In this document: positions 26,705 through 40,281 of the stretch, one piece after another
Layout of the letters: each line of letters opens with the position of its first letter
Position numbering within the stretch: the first letter of the stretch is position 1
Assembly: GCF_006345805.1 (NCBI RefSeq)
Contig: NC_043003.1
Coordinates: 89,032,001-89,096,000 of the forward strand
Reading direction: 5' to 3'
Source of the DNA: Octopus sinensis
Lineage: Eukaryota
Length of the DNA stretch: 64,000 nt
Translations under genes and position numbers: made by a program
The notes under the pieces: generated by a model
What the model was told of the DNA's origin: nothing
Seen by the model: only the letters and a program-made list of their open reading frames with translations
The model's database searches: none

Positions 26705-28207
26705 CATCATCATCATTGTCGTCATCGTCATCGTTGTTTTCCATGGATTAGACAGTACGACTGGGGTCTGGGAAGCCAGGAGGCTGCACCAGGCTCCAGT
26801 CTGATCTGGCAGTGTTTCTACAGCTGGATGCCCTTCCTAACGCCAACCACTCTGTGAGTGTAGTGGGTGCTTTTTACATGCCACTGGCACAGGGGCCAGA
26901 GGAGGATAGCAACGGCCACAATAGGTTGGTGCTTTTTACGTGCCACTGGAACGGAAGCCACTTAAGGTGGCGCTGGCATTGGCCACATTCGGATGGTGCT
27001 TTTTACGTGCCACCGGCACAGGTATCACAACTACAATTTCCATTTGATTTTCATCTTGATGTTGATGTACTTGATTCAAAAGGTCTCCTGATCCAAGGTA
27101 CTTTTGAATGGGCTGGGGCTAGTTATGTGAAACTGGCGTAGGATACAGCCATGAACTCACTTTATTTGCTGTGTCTTCGCAGTCACAGCATATCTCCAGA
27201 GGTCTCAGTCTTTCATCATTGCCTCTGTGAGGTCCAATGTTCGAAGGTCATGCTTCACCACCTCATCCCATGTCTTCCTGGGTCTACCTCTACCCCGGAT
27301 TCCTTCAACTGTTTGGGAATGGCACTTCTTCACACAGCTCCCCTCATCCATCCACAGTACATGACCATATCAATGCAAACGTTCCTCTCGCATGCTGCAT
27401 CCAATGCTTCTTATGCCCAACATTTCTCTCAGGATGCTTGCACTCTGTCATGTGTGTACACTGACATTACACATCCAGCGGATCATGCTAGCTTCATTTC
27501 TTTCAAGCCTATGCATGTCCTCTGCAGTCATAGCACATGTTTCACTACCATGAAACATGGCAGTTCGCACACATGCATCGTACAATCTACCTTTCACTCT
27601 GAGCAAGAGACCCTTTGTCGCCAGTAGGGGGAGAAGCTTTCTAAACTTTGCCCAGGCTATTCTTATTCTTGTGGTAACACTCTGAGCATCCACCCCTGCT
27701 ACTAACTTGGTCACCTAGGTAGCAGAAACTATCAACTACCTCTAGTTTCTCCCCCAGGAGTGTAATGGAATCTGTTTTCTGAGTATCAATGGTGTTTATT
27801 GCCCTGTACATCTGCCGCATACAAAAGCTATCTTCCCAGTTAATCTTCCTTTGATGTTGCTGCACCTCTTATGTGTCCATAGCTTACACTGGGTACATCT
27901 TATGGAGTTTCTACCTACACCTTTTCTACAGATCGAGTAGAGCCACCTACCTGAGAGGGTGAGTGATGAGTTTGCCTTCCAACTTACTAGAACTTTGGTC
28001 TTTGCTACATTGACTCTAAGGCCTTTTGATTCTAAACCTTGCTTCCACACCCAAAATTTCTTCTCTAGTTCTGGTAGTGATTCTGCTATGAGGACCAGGT
28101 CATCAACATAGAGGAGCTCCCGGGGGTAACCTGTTTTGAATTCCTCTGTTATTACCTGGAGGACTATGATGAATAAAAGGGGACTGAGGTCTGATCCTTG
28201 GTGGATC
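26705..28207 (-). mobile_element. 5'-truncated RTE LINE (family A)
   Basis: 'HQGSDLSPLLF', 'ELLYVDDL', finger motif and 3' UTR homologous to the 10406-11850 copy. Confidence 0.9.
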
Positions 28208-28244
28208 ACACAGACAGACAGACATATATATATATATATATATA

Positions 28245-28858
28245 CTAGCATTATGACCTGTCTTTGCCGGGTCATAGTGCTAGTGCATGTATATATGTGT
28301 ATATATATGTGTACATATTACATGTACATCTATATATATACATCTACACATAAAATACAAAATACAAAGTTATATCTTGATATCGCTAGTGATAACAATA
28401 CTGAAAATATATAACAGACTGGAATTGTAGGACTATTCCATTTCTGCACGCTAATTTTATTTTTAATTTATTCCTATTCATGTGAAACCACTTATTCAAG
28501 TTCAAATCATTGATGCAATTTTATACCAATTGCTATTTTTACTTTTGTTATGTTAGTTTGATTTTAATTATTACTTACTACATATAATTCAATTGTTATT
28601 ATTATTTTTATTGTTAAAGTGAAAGCATCCGACATAAAATAGAGAAATATTTTTGTTTCACTTTTAACATGTAATACTGAAATAGTGGAGAAGATATGAT
28701 ATTGCTATGGGCTCGCTCTAGGCAAGAAGATGAACATTTTTTTTGCCCATGAAACTACATGGACCCTAAGTAAGGCATGTGTAAAATTTGAATGAAATTG
28801 GTTGTGTAGTTCTCAAGTTTTAGGGAAACACACATTCTCAGTTTTATATATATAAAGA
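28245..28858 (-). mobile_element. Non-autonomous Helitron, short version
   Basis: Minus-strand 5' A|TCTTTATATA start. 3' hairpin tatgacccgg..caggtcata followed by CTAG|T. Homologous to 56934-58496. Confidence 0.75.
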
Positions 28859-30978
28859 TATATACATATATATATAGCAGATGTAAAGACCTGAACCCTT
28901 CAAAGGGATGTTTAGCATCCAAGTTCCTGAGAAAAAGCTTGATTTGTGATTTCAAAAGGATTATATTTTCCTCAAAGTTACAAGGGAAAAACTTGGATTT
29001 TATGAATCTTGTGAATTTTCTCAAGTTCTGGCCTCCCTCCCAGTTGCTTTCTACGCATTTTTGCTTTCAGATTCATTTCCTGCGTGGGTGTGAAGTAGAA
29101 AGATATCAATTTTCCTCAAAGTTACGAGGGAAAAACATCGGATCTTGTGAATTTTCTGAAGGCCTCTCCTCACCCCCATTGCTTTCTGGGCATTTTTGTT
29201 TTCATATTTGTTTCCTACACCTTTTTTTTACACTCGTTGCATATTTTTTCTTTGATTTCCTTTCGGGGTAATAATATCAACATTAACCAGAATATCTTAC
29301 TGGTTAAGGAGCAAGAGAGAGAAGTTATGTTGGAAGCCAGAAGGAAATGATGAGCAGTGATTTGGCCACCTCTGCTGACCTACGAAAGGAAGGACGTTAT
29401 GGTTCAGGGTCAAAACACCTGATGACATCAATTTCTCCTACTTAAAGATCTATTCAACAAAGTGAATGAAAAAAAAGCATCTTCTTTTAGATCTTATCAA
29501 TAACATACACAGACACACACATTATATAATGAAGAACCCCAACCATCCAAGATCTGCCTGCACACCAAGGGGGACATAAATATATGAGGGCATATATATA
29601 TGGATACAGATATATAAACATATATGTTTGTATGTGTGAATGTGGCTGTGTTGAAAGATAGTTATAAAATGAGTGTCACTGTTATACAGTGTCATTCATT
29701 TCAAATCTGTGAAAACATGTCTGTCTATGGGGAAATGTTATCTTCCCTGCAAACAAATATGGATAGGCAAAAGGAAGAGTATTTGGCTGTAATAAATCTT
29801 CTTCAATAAACACCATCCAACCCATTGAAGCATGTAAAAGTGGACACTAAAATGATGATGGTAGTAGTGGTGATAACGCAGTGGGATGATAAGATGTCAG
29901 GCAAAAATTCAGGCTGACTGTTTTTCATCTTTGCAGAGTTGATAAAAAATAAACAATGCTGGTTGTCAATTTAATCAACTGCTCCAACACCTACTCCACG
30001 GTCATGCACACACACACACACAATGTATTATCATACTGTTTCTCTCTACCAAATTTCACTCAAGGTATTAATCAACTATAGAAAACTTTTGAATTAGGTG
30101 CTACACAGTGGGACTGAACCAAGAACTAGATAGTTATAAAGTACACTTTTTAACCATATGGCTATGCCTGTGTCTCTATTACTGATGTGTTTTGTTGAGA
30201 ATCCACATCTCAGTGGGGCAGCTACAATATTTTGCTCATTGAGACCATGGGCTCCAGTCTACATATATGAATTTTTTGCTGATATGAAAATAAGAACGTA
30301 ATGCAGTATATCAGGATTTGTTAAAGCATTACCAATGCAGTTGTACAGTAGCAGAATAATATTATTGACAGACTGTCTTTCATTTCATTTCATAGTTAAG
30401 ATTGTTTGCTTCTAGACATAAAGTGAAAAAATAATAGACAACTCTCAAGGTGGGAGAAGTGACAATGTATAATAAAGACTATAAGCTTTCAAAGATATCA
30501 CTTCAGATTGTACATTCAGTACCACCTAGGTGGACTTTTACACCAGCTAAAGAATCAAATGTTTCTAACAAAATATAATTTCAAAAGTTCACAGTTCTCA
30601 ACAAACTTCCATCAATCTTAGAGTTTTAAAAATAACCATAGAATAATTTCCATGAGTACTGCTATTTAATATTAGTACAAGTAGATCAATGAACTGGGTA
30701 AAATGGTAGAGCAAGAGACTAAATAGCTCACAGCAATTAATTTTGTCCATCTACTTTCTGAAATATTATTGGTGATAGAGTACAAGCCTATTTCTATTTC
30801 CTTCATGGGTGATAAAAAAAAGTTCCAGTGCACCATAAAAAAAGCAAAGCGTAACAAACATACTGAAAGTCAGTTGAACCAGCTACATTCCATCCAGTCT
30901 CTTGCAAAAGTTGGCTTTGTGTAAAAGCAAAAAAGAAAAAACAAAAAAAAAAAAAAACTAGCATCATTCCTATTTCTC

Positions 30979-32320
30979 TCTATATTAAATTCTTTGTCTG
31001 TCTGTTTTCTATTCATTCTCAATTGGTTCCACCAAATCAAATCAAATTTTACAGCATAATAGTATTAGACGCCGTGAGTGTCAACATATAATTCTTATTT
31101 TCATTTGGATTAAAACAATATAACATTATCTAGAGATAATCTTTCTATAGTCAACTATAGTAAAGAACATTTTATACCAGGACAATGACATCACATTTTG
31201 TACATGAGTGTGTATGCGTTTTTGTACATACATTATATACGGGATAATAAAGGACATTTTATACCACGACGTTGACAACACATTTTGTATAGGAGTGTGT
31301 GTGTCTGTGTGTGTGTGTTTGTGCCTTCCTTACATATGAGATAGTAAGGGACATTTTATACCACTACCATGACAACACATTTTGTATGAGTGTGTATGTG
31401 TCTGTGACTGTGTGTATGTTTGCGTGCTCGTTATGTATGACATAGTAAAGGGCATTTTATACTACAATGATGATGACACATTTTGTATATGAATGTGTAT
31501 GTGTCTGTGAGTGGGTGTGTGTTTGCATGTTCATAACATAAATGTATGTTTGTGTGTGTCTGTCTTAGTATATGTATGTGAGTGTATGTGTCATAGTCAA
31601 TTACACTAGAAAGAGCTTTACTGGCTCCAACTAATGAAATGGTTGATTAACTCAATTCTGAACTTCTTCAAAAGTTAACATCAATTCATACAACAGTCGA
31701 TCAAGATCAGGCTGTTTAATTTCTGAACACATTTAAATGCACTGGATAACTTGACACTAAAGCTGGATGCTCTCATTATGTTGCTTAGGAATCTTGACCC
31801 ACCTTGCCTGTGTAATGGAACTCAATTGTTACTTTCATGAAGCCCCAAGTCCTACAGGCAACAATCATAATAGGTAGTCACAAAGAAGAAAATGTCTTTA
31901 TTACAAAACTTCCTCTCATACCTGCAGATGTTCCATTTGAATTTAAGAGGCATCAGTTTCTAATCAAACTAAGTTTTGATGTTTCAATTAACAACTCAAG
32001 TAGTTGAACTTCATCTCTCTACTACATGTTTCTCTCACGGCCAACTTTATGTTGGTTACTCACAAGTTGGAGGCAGCAACAATTTATTAATTTGGACACC
32101 AACAAAAAATTACACGATGAATATTGTTTACCATGAGGTGCTTCAAGATTGACAGATTTTCAGTTCTAAACTCTATTATCATTACAATTTGGATATTCTT
32201 TAAAATAAAACACAGATATTTTGAAATAATTATGACTAAAAAAAAATATCTTCATATTTATTGTTTACTAATCTCAATAAGAATAACAGTAAGAGGGGAA
32301 ACGCCAGGTAATTCAGCCAG
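30979..32320 (+). mobile_element. Non-autonomous Helitron with internal ~85-bp tandem repeats and helicase remnants
   Basis: 5' TCTATATTAA start. Remnants 'LAPTN', 'MLLRNLDPPCLCNGT', 'CFSHGQLYV' at 31620-32060. 3' end ggggaaacgccaggtaattcagccag-t. Confidence 0.7.
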
Positions 32321-32549
32321 TCATTATTATTATTACTGCATAGAAAAGATCTAGTTTGAGGTGGGTGTAAGTATGGATGGTTGGAGGGTGAAGGGGTGGA
32401 GTGGGGTAAGTTTTCAATCAACAGAAACCTTGCTAAATAATTTTTAATTGTTGTTTACAACTGTTTCACTTCTCATGTCAAATCACTCCTGGAAAACATC
32501 CACCCAAAAAACAGGTGAATAAAAAAAGAATAAACATCTCTTCACAATT

Positions 32550-32780
32550 TGTTGTCATCATCGTTATCATCACCGCCAAAACCACAACCATCATCCTCAT
32601 AACCATCACCACCTCCACCACCACCATCAACACCTCCATCATCTTCATTGCTTTCATCATCATCATTGCTGCTTTTGCTATCATCATCATCATAACCATT
32701 ACTACCACCACTATCACCATCATCTTACCATCATCATCATTACTGCCACCACCACCACCAATACCTTTACTGCCATCATT
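32550..32780. repeat. (ACC/ATC)n microsatellite
   Basis: Trinucleotide tract. Confidence 0.85.
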
Positions 32781-32901
32781 AATTACATGTAAGCAATGAA
32801 TTGTACGATAAATAATCAATATAGCATGCACACCACACACACGCGCATGCACACACACACACACACAAATGATTCTGTGTTAAAAAAAGAAAACCCATTA
32901 C

Positions 32902-33001
32902 CTGTATAGCAGGATCCCAGTAGAGAAAAGCATTAAACATACCATAAGCCAGGAAACCAATCAGGTTGTAGCCAGCAAAGTCAAAATTCAAACCAACCAC
33001 A
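32902..33001 (-). CDS. CTNS: Cystinosin exon (100 nt) (S)VVGLNFDFAGYNLIGFLAYGMFNAFLYWDPAIQ
   Basis: Acceptor CAG, donor GTAAT. SVVGLNFDF motif. Phase 2 to 0. Confidence 0.95.
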
Positions 33002-33059
33002 CTGGTAGAAACAAAATAATAATAATAACAACAACAGCAACAATAATAATCCTTTCTAC

Positions 33060-33639
33060 AAAAGGCACAAGGCCTGAAATTTTGAGGGTGGGGACTAGTC
33101 AGTTACATTGACCCCAGTGTTTCTCTGTTACAGTGGCTCTCATGGCTTCTGATCTTAACTGATTGGAAGTGTCATCATGCACATGTTTTGTCTTGGTCTA
33201 AAAGATGGACTACAACAAATATTCTGCTCAATATCACAGATTTGCTTGACCTTAACCAGTTGAGCATGTCCCTTGGTGGCTGACAATATGTACATCTCTG
33301 ATCATGAGCAGGAGTAGTGGGGGAGCAATATAGCCATGTGTTGAGAGGAATTCTTTGGGGTTTGAATAATTCACCTGTGGAAACATGGGTGTTTTGTTCA
33401 ACATCCTTAAACAATCATTATTCAGGGACCTTTTGAATGGGATGGGCTATTCGACTTGAAGAAAATTCTAACTGGGCCCCACCTGCAAGGTTATGTGCTA
33501 TTTATCTTGATATGAGATCACCATGTCCTGCACATATGATTGTTATGCATGTGCCTGGTGTACCCTTATCAGATGGGTATATTGGGCTTCGTATATTTGT
33601 ACCCCAGTGTCACTTTCATGGCATGTACTGTTCTTTCTC

Positions 33640-33685
<46 letters not shown>

Positions 33686-34690
33686 TTGGTACAGGGCCAG
33701 TAGTTTTTTAAGGAGACAGGGGTACTTATTTCATAGACTGTGAAAAGATGAACAGTAAAATCAATCTTGGTGGATTTTGAACTCAGGATGCCACTTAGTA
33801 TTTTGGGAGAGGGAGCTTGTCAATTACCTCAAGCCCAGACTGGTACTTATTTTATCAATGCTAAAAAGATGAAAGACAAAGTCAATTTGAATTCAAACAT
33901 GAAGATAGATGAAATGCTGCTAAGCATTTTGTCCAGTGTGCTAACAATTCTGCCAGTTTTCCACAGTGCCTTAACAACAACAACAATAATAATGATTTCA
34001 AATTTTGGCACAAGGTCAGCAGTTTCGGAAGTGGGGGTTTAAATCAATTGCATCAATCCCAGTACTCAACTGGCTCTTATTTTATCAACCCTGAAAGGAT
34101 GAAAGGCAAAGTGGACCCCCGTGGAATTTGAACTCAGAACATGAAGACAGATGAAATAGCATTAAGCATTTTCCCCAGCATGCTAATGATTCTGCCAGTT
34201 TACCACACTTTCCTTAACAACAACAACACCTACAGCAATAATAATGATTCTTTCTAATTTTGGCACAAAGACAGGAATTTTGCAAGGAGGCACCAAGCTG
34301 ATTCCACCGATCCCCAGTACTCAACTGGTACAATATTTCATTGATCCTAGAAAGAGAAAAGGTGAAATCAACCCTGTCAAAATTTGAACTCAGAACATAA
34401 CATGTCAGAAAAAATATTGCTGGCATTTTATCTGACATACTAGCAATTTTAGCTGACTGCTAATGATTCTGCCAGCTCACCACCTTTTAGTAATGATAAT
34501 AATGATTTCTGGTTTTATCACAAGGCAAGCAATTTTGAGGGAAGAAGTCGAGTACTTGATAGGTACTTTATTTTACTGACTCTGATGAGATAAAAGGCAA
34601 AGTTGATCTCAGTGGGATATGAACTCTGAATGTAAAGGTCCAAAATATATACAAGGCATTTTGTTCAACACAAATGATTCTACTAATCCA
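33060..34690 (-). mobile_element. Stack of ~6 degraded SINE copies, with an unrelated repeat nested at ~33130-33640
   Basis: Recurrent ggcacaagg...ccccagt...ggaatttgaactcagaac...ctgccag units separated by (aac/aat)n tails. Confidence 0.7.
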
Positions 34691-35697
34691 CAGAGAAAAT
34701 GAATGCTTCCTTATCATAGTGAGATGGTTACCATAAAAAAATATGTTTATCTATAAAAAGCACATCATGAAGTACGTATTGAGCATGGTCTCAGATCAGA
34801 CTAAATCATGGTGTATTTCCTTTATTATAAAATTTTCATTGACTATTTCTGCATCAAAAATAACTTGATCCTTATGAAAATTTAAAAAAATATCCAATGT
34901 TTAAGTACTGGATAGAGCTAAAACGATTGTATTTAGAACTAAGGCACTTAACAATCTATAACTCAACTTGTCCATATAAGAAAATACTATACCTAAATAA
35001 TACAGTGCACTACTAATCACTTAACATCATCTTCCATACTGGCATGGGTTGGATGGTTTGACAGGATCCAATGAGTGCAAGGACTGCATTGTGCTCCACT
35101 GTCTACTTTGGCATAGTTTCTATTACTGGATGCACTTCCTAATGTCAACCGTTACAATGTGTACTGGGTGCATTTTTGTGCCACCAACATAAGTGTAGTC
35201 ACCCATTCTTTAATCCCTCATCATTTCACATAAAGATGCCTCCCTCAAAGTTAAAGAACAGGAGAAGGGCCCAGAGTAAAACAGGTTTTTTGTTTATATA
35301 GTTACTTACATTTTAGCAGGGAGAGTGGGGGTGATTAGGGAAGAGATAAAAGAGTGGAGATGAAGAGTCAGAGTGGATCCTCAAGCTATGATATGAACAG
35401 AAATGAATGAGGGAGAGAAGAATCAGGAGTGTGGGCAGGAAGAAGTTGCAAGAATGTATGTAAGAGCAGGACAGGGGAATGGGTGACATGTGTATGAATA
35501 TTATGTATGAAGAACAAGTGTTGAGAGAAGGATGTAATGAATGATGGATAAGGAGTGGGGGTATCTAATGATGCATGGATGTGAAGAGCAGCAAAACTAA
35601 TTCTGATACCATAACAATAATAATATCATTAACAATAATAAATCCAACGCAATAAAACAAACCGAAAAAAAATAATAATAAAGAAAATATAACATAC

Positions 35698-35838
35698 CTT
35701 TTCCTTTTGTAGTTTAGAATTGCTTGAGGGTAAAAGGAAACTGTCCACACAATGAAATAAATCCATCCAACAATTATGTTGAGGATATATAAAGCATGGC
35801 TATGTTTGATATCCACTCGAACAAAAGCACCAGCAACA
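35698..35838 (-). CDS. CTNS: Cystinosin exon (141 nt) VAGAFVRVDIKHSHALYILNIIVGWIYFIVWTVSFYPQAILNYKRK(S)
   Basis: Acceptor TTTCTAG, donor GTATGT. GWIYF..W..SFYPQ first PQ motif. Phase 2 to 2. Confidence 0.93.
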
Positions 35839-36087
35839 CTAGAAATATAAATATTCGTACATATATTATCATAAAATTGTTCAACATTGAAGTCACCACG
35901 TATCAAACTTCTTTCCAGATATTCCCTAGCAGTTGACAATCATTTTGTCCATCAAAATAAGCTTCAAACCAGAATATGGTGGTATTTAGTGTGGAGATGT
36001 TGTTAATACACATCAATAACCTTATGATCTCCACATTGAGATTCCTCATTTCATTGGCAAGAAATCTCAGATGTTTGGAGTAAACTA

Positions 36088-36490
36088 TGAGGGCTGGCTA
36101 AAAAGTTCATAGGCTGATCAAGATACTCTCATGGAATGTGACCAAATGAGGTTTATTTTTCAACATAGTCCTTGTGGTCCATAACTTTTTTCATCAGTGC
36201 TGTAGTGCTTGGATCCCATTAGTGGAGAAGCTTTCATCGTATTGGTAAAAAAAAGTCATCAACAGCAAATATGATGTTGTCATCACTGCAATACTGGTTC
36301 CCAACCAAGTATTCTTTCATAATGGGAAACAGATGATAGTTAGATGGGGCTAACTCAAGAGAATAGGGAGGGTGATCAACCAGTTCCAAACCACAGTCAT
36401 GCACAGCAGCCACTGGCATGAAGGACTTGTGTGCTGGAACATTGTCCTGATGAAACAAGATCCCTTTCATCAGTTTACTTTTACAATACT
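36088..36490 (-). mobile_element. Mariner 3' fragment
   Basis: TIR ta-tgagggctggctaaaaagttc. Protein pieces 'FHQDNVPAH' and 'HPPYSLELAPSNYHLFP'. Confidence 0.85.
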
Positions 36491-38137
36491 TAATTATATC
36501 AGAAATGTGCTGTTTATGTAAAGCTTTACTCATGTAATTTTTAGAATTATCATAGTTTTTACCAAGAGTTAGAGTTTTAGATATAGGTGTAAAGAACTTC
36601 GTAAACTATTACATTTTTATAATTAGTATTAGAATTGGATGTAAAATTATCGTTAATCATAACCTGCATGTTATTTTGATTTTTATCAACTTGGTGAAGT
36701 ATCATTGATCTCCTATTATTTTATGCTTTTGTCTTAGTGGGTGAATTGCTCAAGTCTAGAACAAATGTAATTTTTTTTCTTATGTCTGGCTCCACTTACA
36801 GCCTTGCTATAGTAATGAACATGTTTAAAAAGTGTCCCATTTTCTTGGTAATCTAGATATTCTATTAGAAACACCATTAGCTATTGGATTAATTATGGTT
36901 TTAGGATGATTAGAAGATCTATTTATGTAATTTAAATTCTCAACAGGTTTATGAAATGGGTAAAAAAGACCAGTATTTAAAGTATCATCAAGAAAGTTAG
37001 CTACTTAAAAGTTGTTCTTTATAGAGATACCTACACCAAGTTTCTAAAAATATGTTCTTTCTTCCTCATTCTTTGCATGCTTTTTGTGTGGTGTTTGTAC
37101 TAGTGAGGTCACCAAATAACTCACAAGACAAGACCTTTCAAGTGAGTTGGAATATAGTATTGAGAGGGGTGTCTTTATGCCAGGTGTTGAGAAGCTAAAA
37201 TATGCTAAAGAGACAGGAATGGATATCTTGCTATAGAGGGTACACATGGCTACTTTAGATGGAAAGAGAGGGAAGCCGGTACTGATGATGTGTTAGGGCA
37301 TACCCCCAAGGTAAAAAAAAAAGTGGATATAAAAGAGAAATAGGGAAAGAGGATCAAGAAGGGTAGGTGGGTAAGTTTACAAGAGCATGAAAGGAAAGTG
37401 ACAGGTGATTAGAGATAAGGATAGAGGTAAATGCAGAGTATGAATGGGAAAAGTGAAGGAAACAGGAAAGTATCATAGAGGAGGTGATAAATGACTGTAC
37501 AAAAGAAAGGAGTGGGGGTGAAGAGTAACAGTATACATAAATTATCTCAAGGTACAAGCTATCAACTCAGTAAACTAAAAACATCCAAAAAACAAAAACC
37601 AATATATTTGACCATTTCACTTTGACATTATTCCTTAAATATTGTTGGTTAAATAAACACAATAACATCAATGAATTAAAATATGTTAGATTTAGATTGG
37701 CCACCAGATACATTCATCTCAGTAAATTCAAGCTGTGGGCAAGTGATGCTCAATAAAACTTTCACCAGTTATCTATTAGTATTTTTGTTCTATGCTCCCT
37801 CATGATTAAAGCAATCGACCATAATATGAAAGGAACAAAACATTGAGGCATGAGTGTGTAATTTTATTCACCTTATCCACACACATGCATGCATACACAC
37901 AGACTAATATCAACATATACACACACTGACAAAGACACATAAATAGCCATACATCTATCTTTTCTATTAATGACTGGTTTGTTTCCATGTAGGCAAGTTG
38001 TGAAACCTGATTATTGATTTTAATCTCCAGTAACCAACACAAGATTATACATACATATATACATGTATGACATACATGCATACACACACAAACACATAAG
38101 CACATCATACACAAAACTTCCACACATATGTGTGTCT

Positions 38138-38180
<43 letters not shown>

Positions 38181-38456
38181 CATATATATATATGTGTGTG
38201 TGTTTGTGTGTATGTATTTTTGACTACCATATGATTATGCCAGCTGAAAAGTACCATTGTTAGAAGAATGATGGAGAAATAGATTTTAAGAAGATGAGAG
38301 GTAGGGAAAGGTTGAAGAGGACAGACTGAGTGTAGGAGCTGAATACTCTTTAATATCTACTATAACTGTCAGTACTTTCTCCTGTCTCCTGTTGATACCC
38401 TTTCAACTTTTATTAGTGCCCTTATTATTATGATTATATTTCTATAATTACATATA

Positions 38457-38524
<68 letters not shown>

Positions 38525-38532
<8 letters not shown>

Positions 38533-38963
38533 TAAATACAGATGAGTGGTACAACAAGGCACCAATATTCACTGGAAATAGCAGTCGATACAATTACAAC
38601 GCTATAATAAAGCTTCACTGCATATATACTGGCAAAGATGTGTGAGTGCAACAAACATGAAAAATTTGTTTTACCTCTACGAAATATTGTCTAGGTAAAT
38701 GCAGCTGATGAAAACTGATCAAATTTACGTTGACAAACCTATTTGAAGAGTCAGAAACTGGCCCTGCATTATCTGATTCTGGGTTGTCCATTTATCGAAT
38801 ATTCTTCCAAGAAGTAAGACAAATTTTTCATGTTTGTTGCACTGACACAGCTTTGCCAGTATATATGCAGTGGAGCTTTATTATAGTGTTGTCATTGTAT
38901 CGACTGCTTTTTCCAGTGAATATTGGTGCCTTGTTGTACCACTAATCTGTATTTATATTTATA
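38525..38963. repeat. ~440-bp fold-back with ~150-bp arms and a hammerhead motif in the spacer
   Basis: Left arm tataaatacagatgagtggtacaacaaggcacc... is nearly the reverse complement of ...ggtgccttgttgtaccactaatctgtatttata. Confidence 0.9.
38698..38770 (+). ncRNA. Hammerhead ribozyme motif, probably inactive (GCC triplet)
   Basis: AAUGCAG-CUGAUGA-[ACUgaUCAAAU...AUUUGAagAGU]-GAAAC-UG-GCC-CUGCAUU. Confidence 0.6.
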
Positions 38964-39039
38964 CTTCTACCTTTACGGTGCTTTGTTTTACTGGAAAGTA
39001 ATACATTTCATTTGTATTGCAATATTTCATCTTTCATTT

Positions 39040-39070
<31 letters not shown>

Positions 39071-39080
39071 TATATATAAT

Positions 39081-39486
39081 GGCATAGGAGTGGCTGTGTG
39101 GTAAGTAGCTTGCTAACCAACCACATGGTTCCGGGTTCAGTCCCACTGCGTGGCATCTTGGGCAAGTGTCTTCTGCTATAGCCCCGGGCCGACCAATGCC
39201 TTGTGAGTGGATTTGGTAGACGGAAACTGAAAGAAGCCTGTCGTATATATGTATATATATGTATGCGTGTGTGTGTTTGTGTGTCTGTATTTGTCCTCCT
39301 AGCATTGCTTGACAACCGATGCTGGTGTGTTTACGTCCCCGTCACTTAGCGGTTTGGCAAAAACAGACCGATAGAATAAGTACTGGGCTTACAAAGAATA
39401 AGTCCCGTGGTCGATTTGCTCGACTAAAGGCGGTGCTCCAGCATGGCCGCAGTCAAATGACTGAAACAAGTAAAAGAGTAAAAAGA

Positions 39487-39488
<2 letters not shown>
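39081..39488 (+). mobile_element. tRNA-derived SINE (CORE-like; ggcaagtgtctt)
   Basis: Head ggagtggctgtgtggtaag...gggttcagtccc and tail (aaaagagta)n. Several copies in the window. Confidence 0.85.
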
Positions 39489-39532
<44 letters not shown>

Positions 39533-39534
39533 GA

Positions 39535-39840
39535 TCTTTTATTCTTTTACTTGTGTCAGTCATTTGACTGCAGCCATGCTAGAGCACTGCCTTTAGTTGA
39601 ACAAATAGACCCCAGGACTTATTCTTAGTAAGCTTAGTACGTATTCTATCAGTCACTTTTGCCAAACCACTAAGTTACAGGGATGTAAACACACCAACAT
39701 TGGTTGTCAAGCGATGGTGGGGGAACAAACACAGACACACAAATACACACACAAACATACACAGTTTCTGTCTACCAAATCCACTCACAAGGCTTTGATC
39801 AACCCAGGCTACAGTAAAAGATACTTGCCCAAGGTATACA
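39535..39840 (-). mobile_element. Same SINE family, inverted and 5'-truncated
   Basis: Reverse complement of most of the 39081-39488 copy. Confidence 0.8.
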
Positions 39841-40281
39841 GGGTGCGAGAGTTATTTGAGGCTATTTCGTTTTTAGTTCATTACATCATCATCATCGTTT
39901 AACGTCTGTTTTCCATGCTAGCATGGGTTCTTCAAATTATTTAAGGTATCATTTTATTTTCCAGAAAACCCTTTCAAGACTAACTGCACAACTGTTTATT
40001 CAAATACATATTTATTTAGGCTGAAATATAGTTGTTTTATTGTATACCAAAAACTGTCCTCAAATACCCCTTGCACCCTGTATAAAGCAAATAAGTAATG
40101 AGGATGTCCGGGTGCATTACAGACGTTTCAAGCTGCTCCATTTAATCGATCAATGCAAACATTACATCAATTTGAAATAACCCGTTTTCCTCGGATGCAT
40201 AAGACCATATAGGTTTTCAATATACGGGAGGCTCCATTATAATTTTTTAGCAAATTTTTCATCAAAACTAGAGGGTAAAAG

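Noticed and set aside
28960-29220. Two ~125-bp diverged tandem units
   Set aside because: Probably an internal repeat of an unidentified TE; no termini or coding signal.
40113-40157. Minus-strand GCAT...GAAACGTCTGTA-ATGC hammerhead-like stretch
   Set aside because: No proper CUGANGA core and no stem II.
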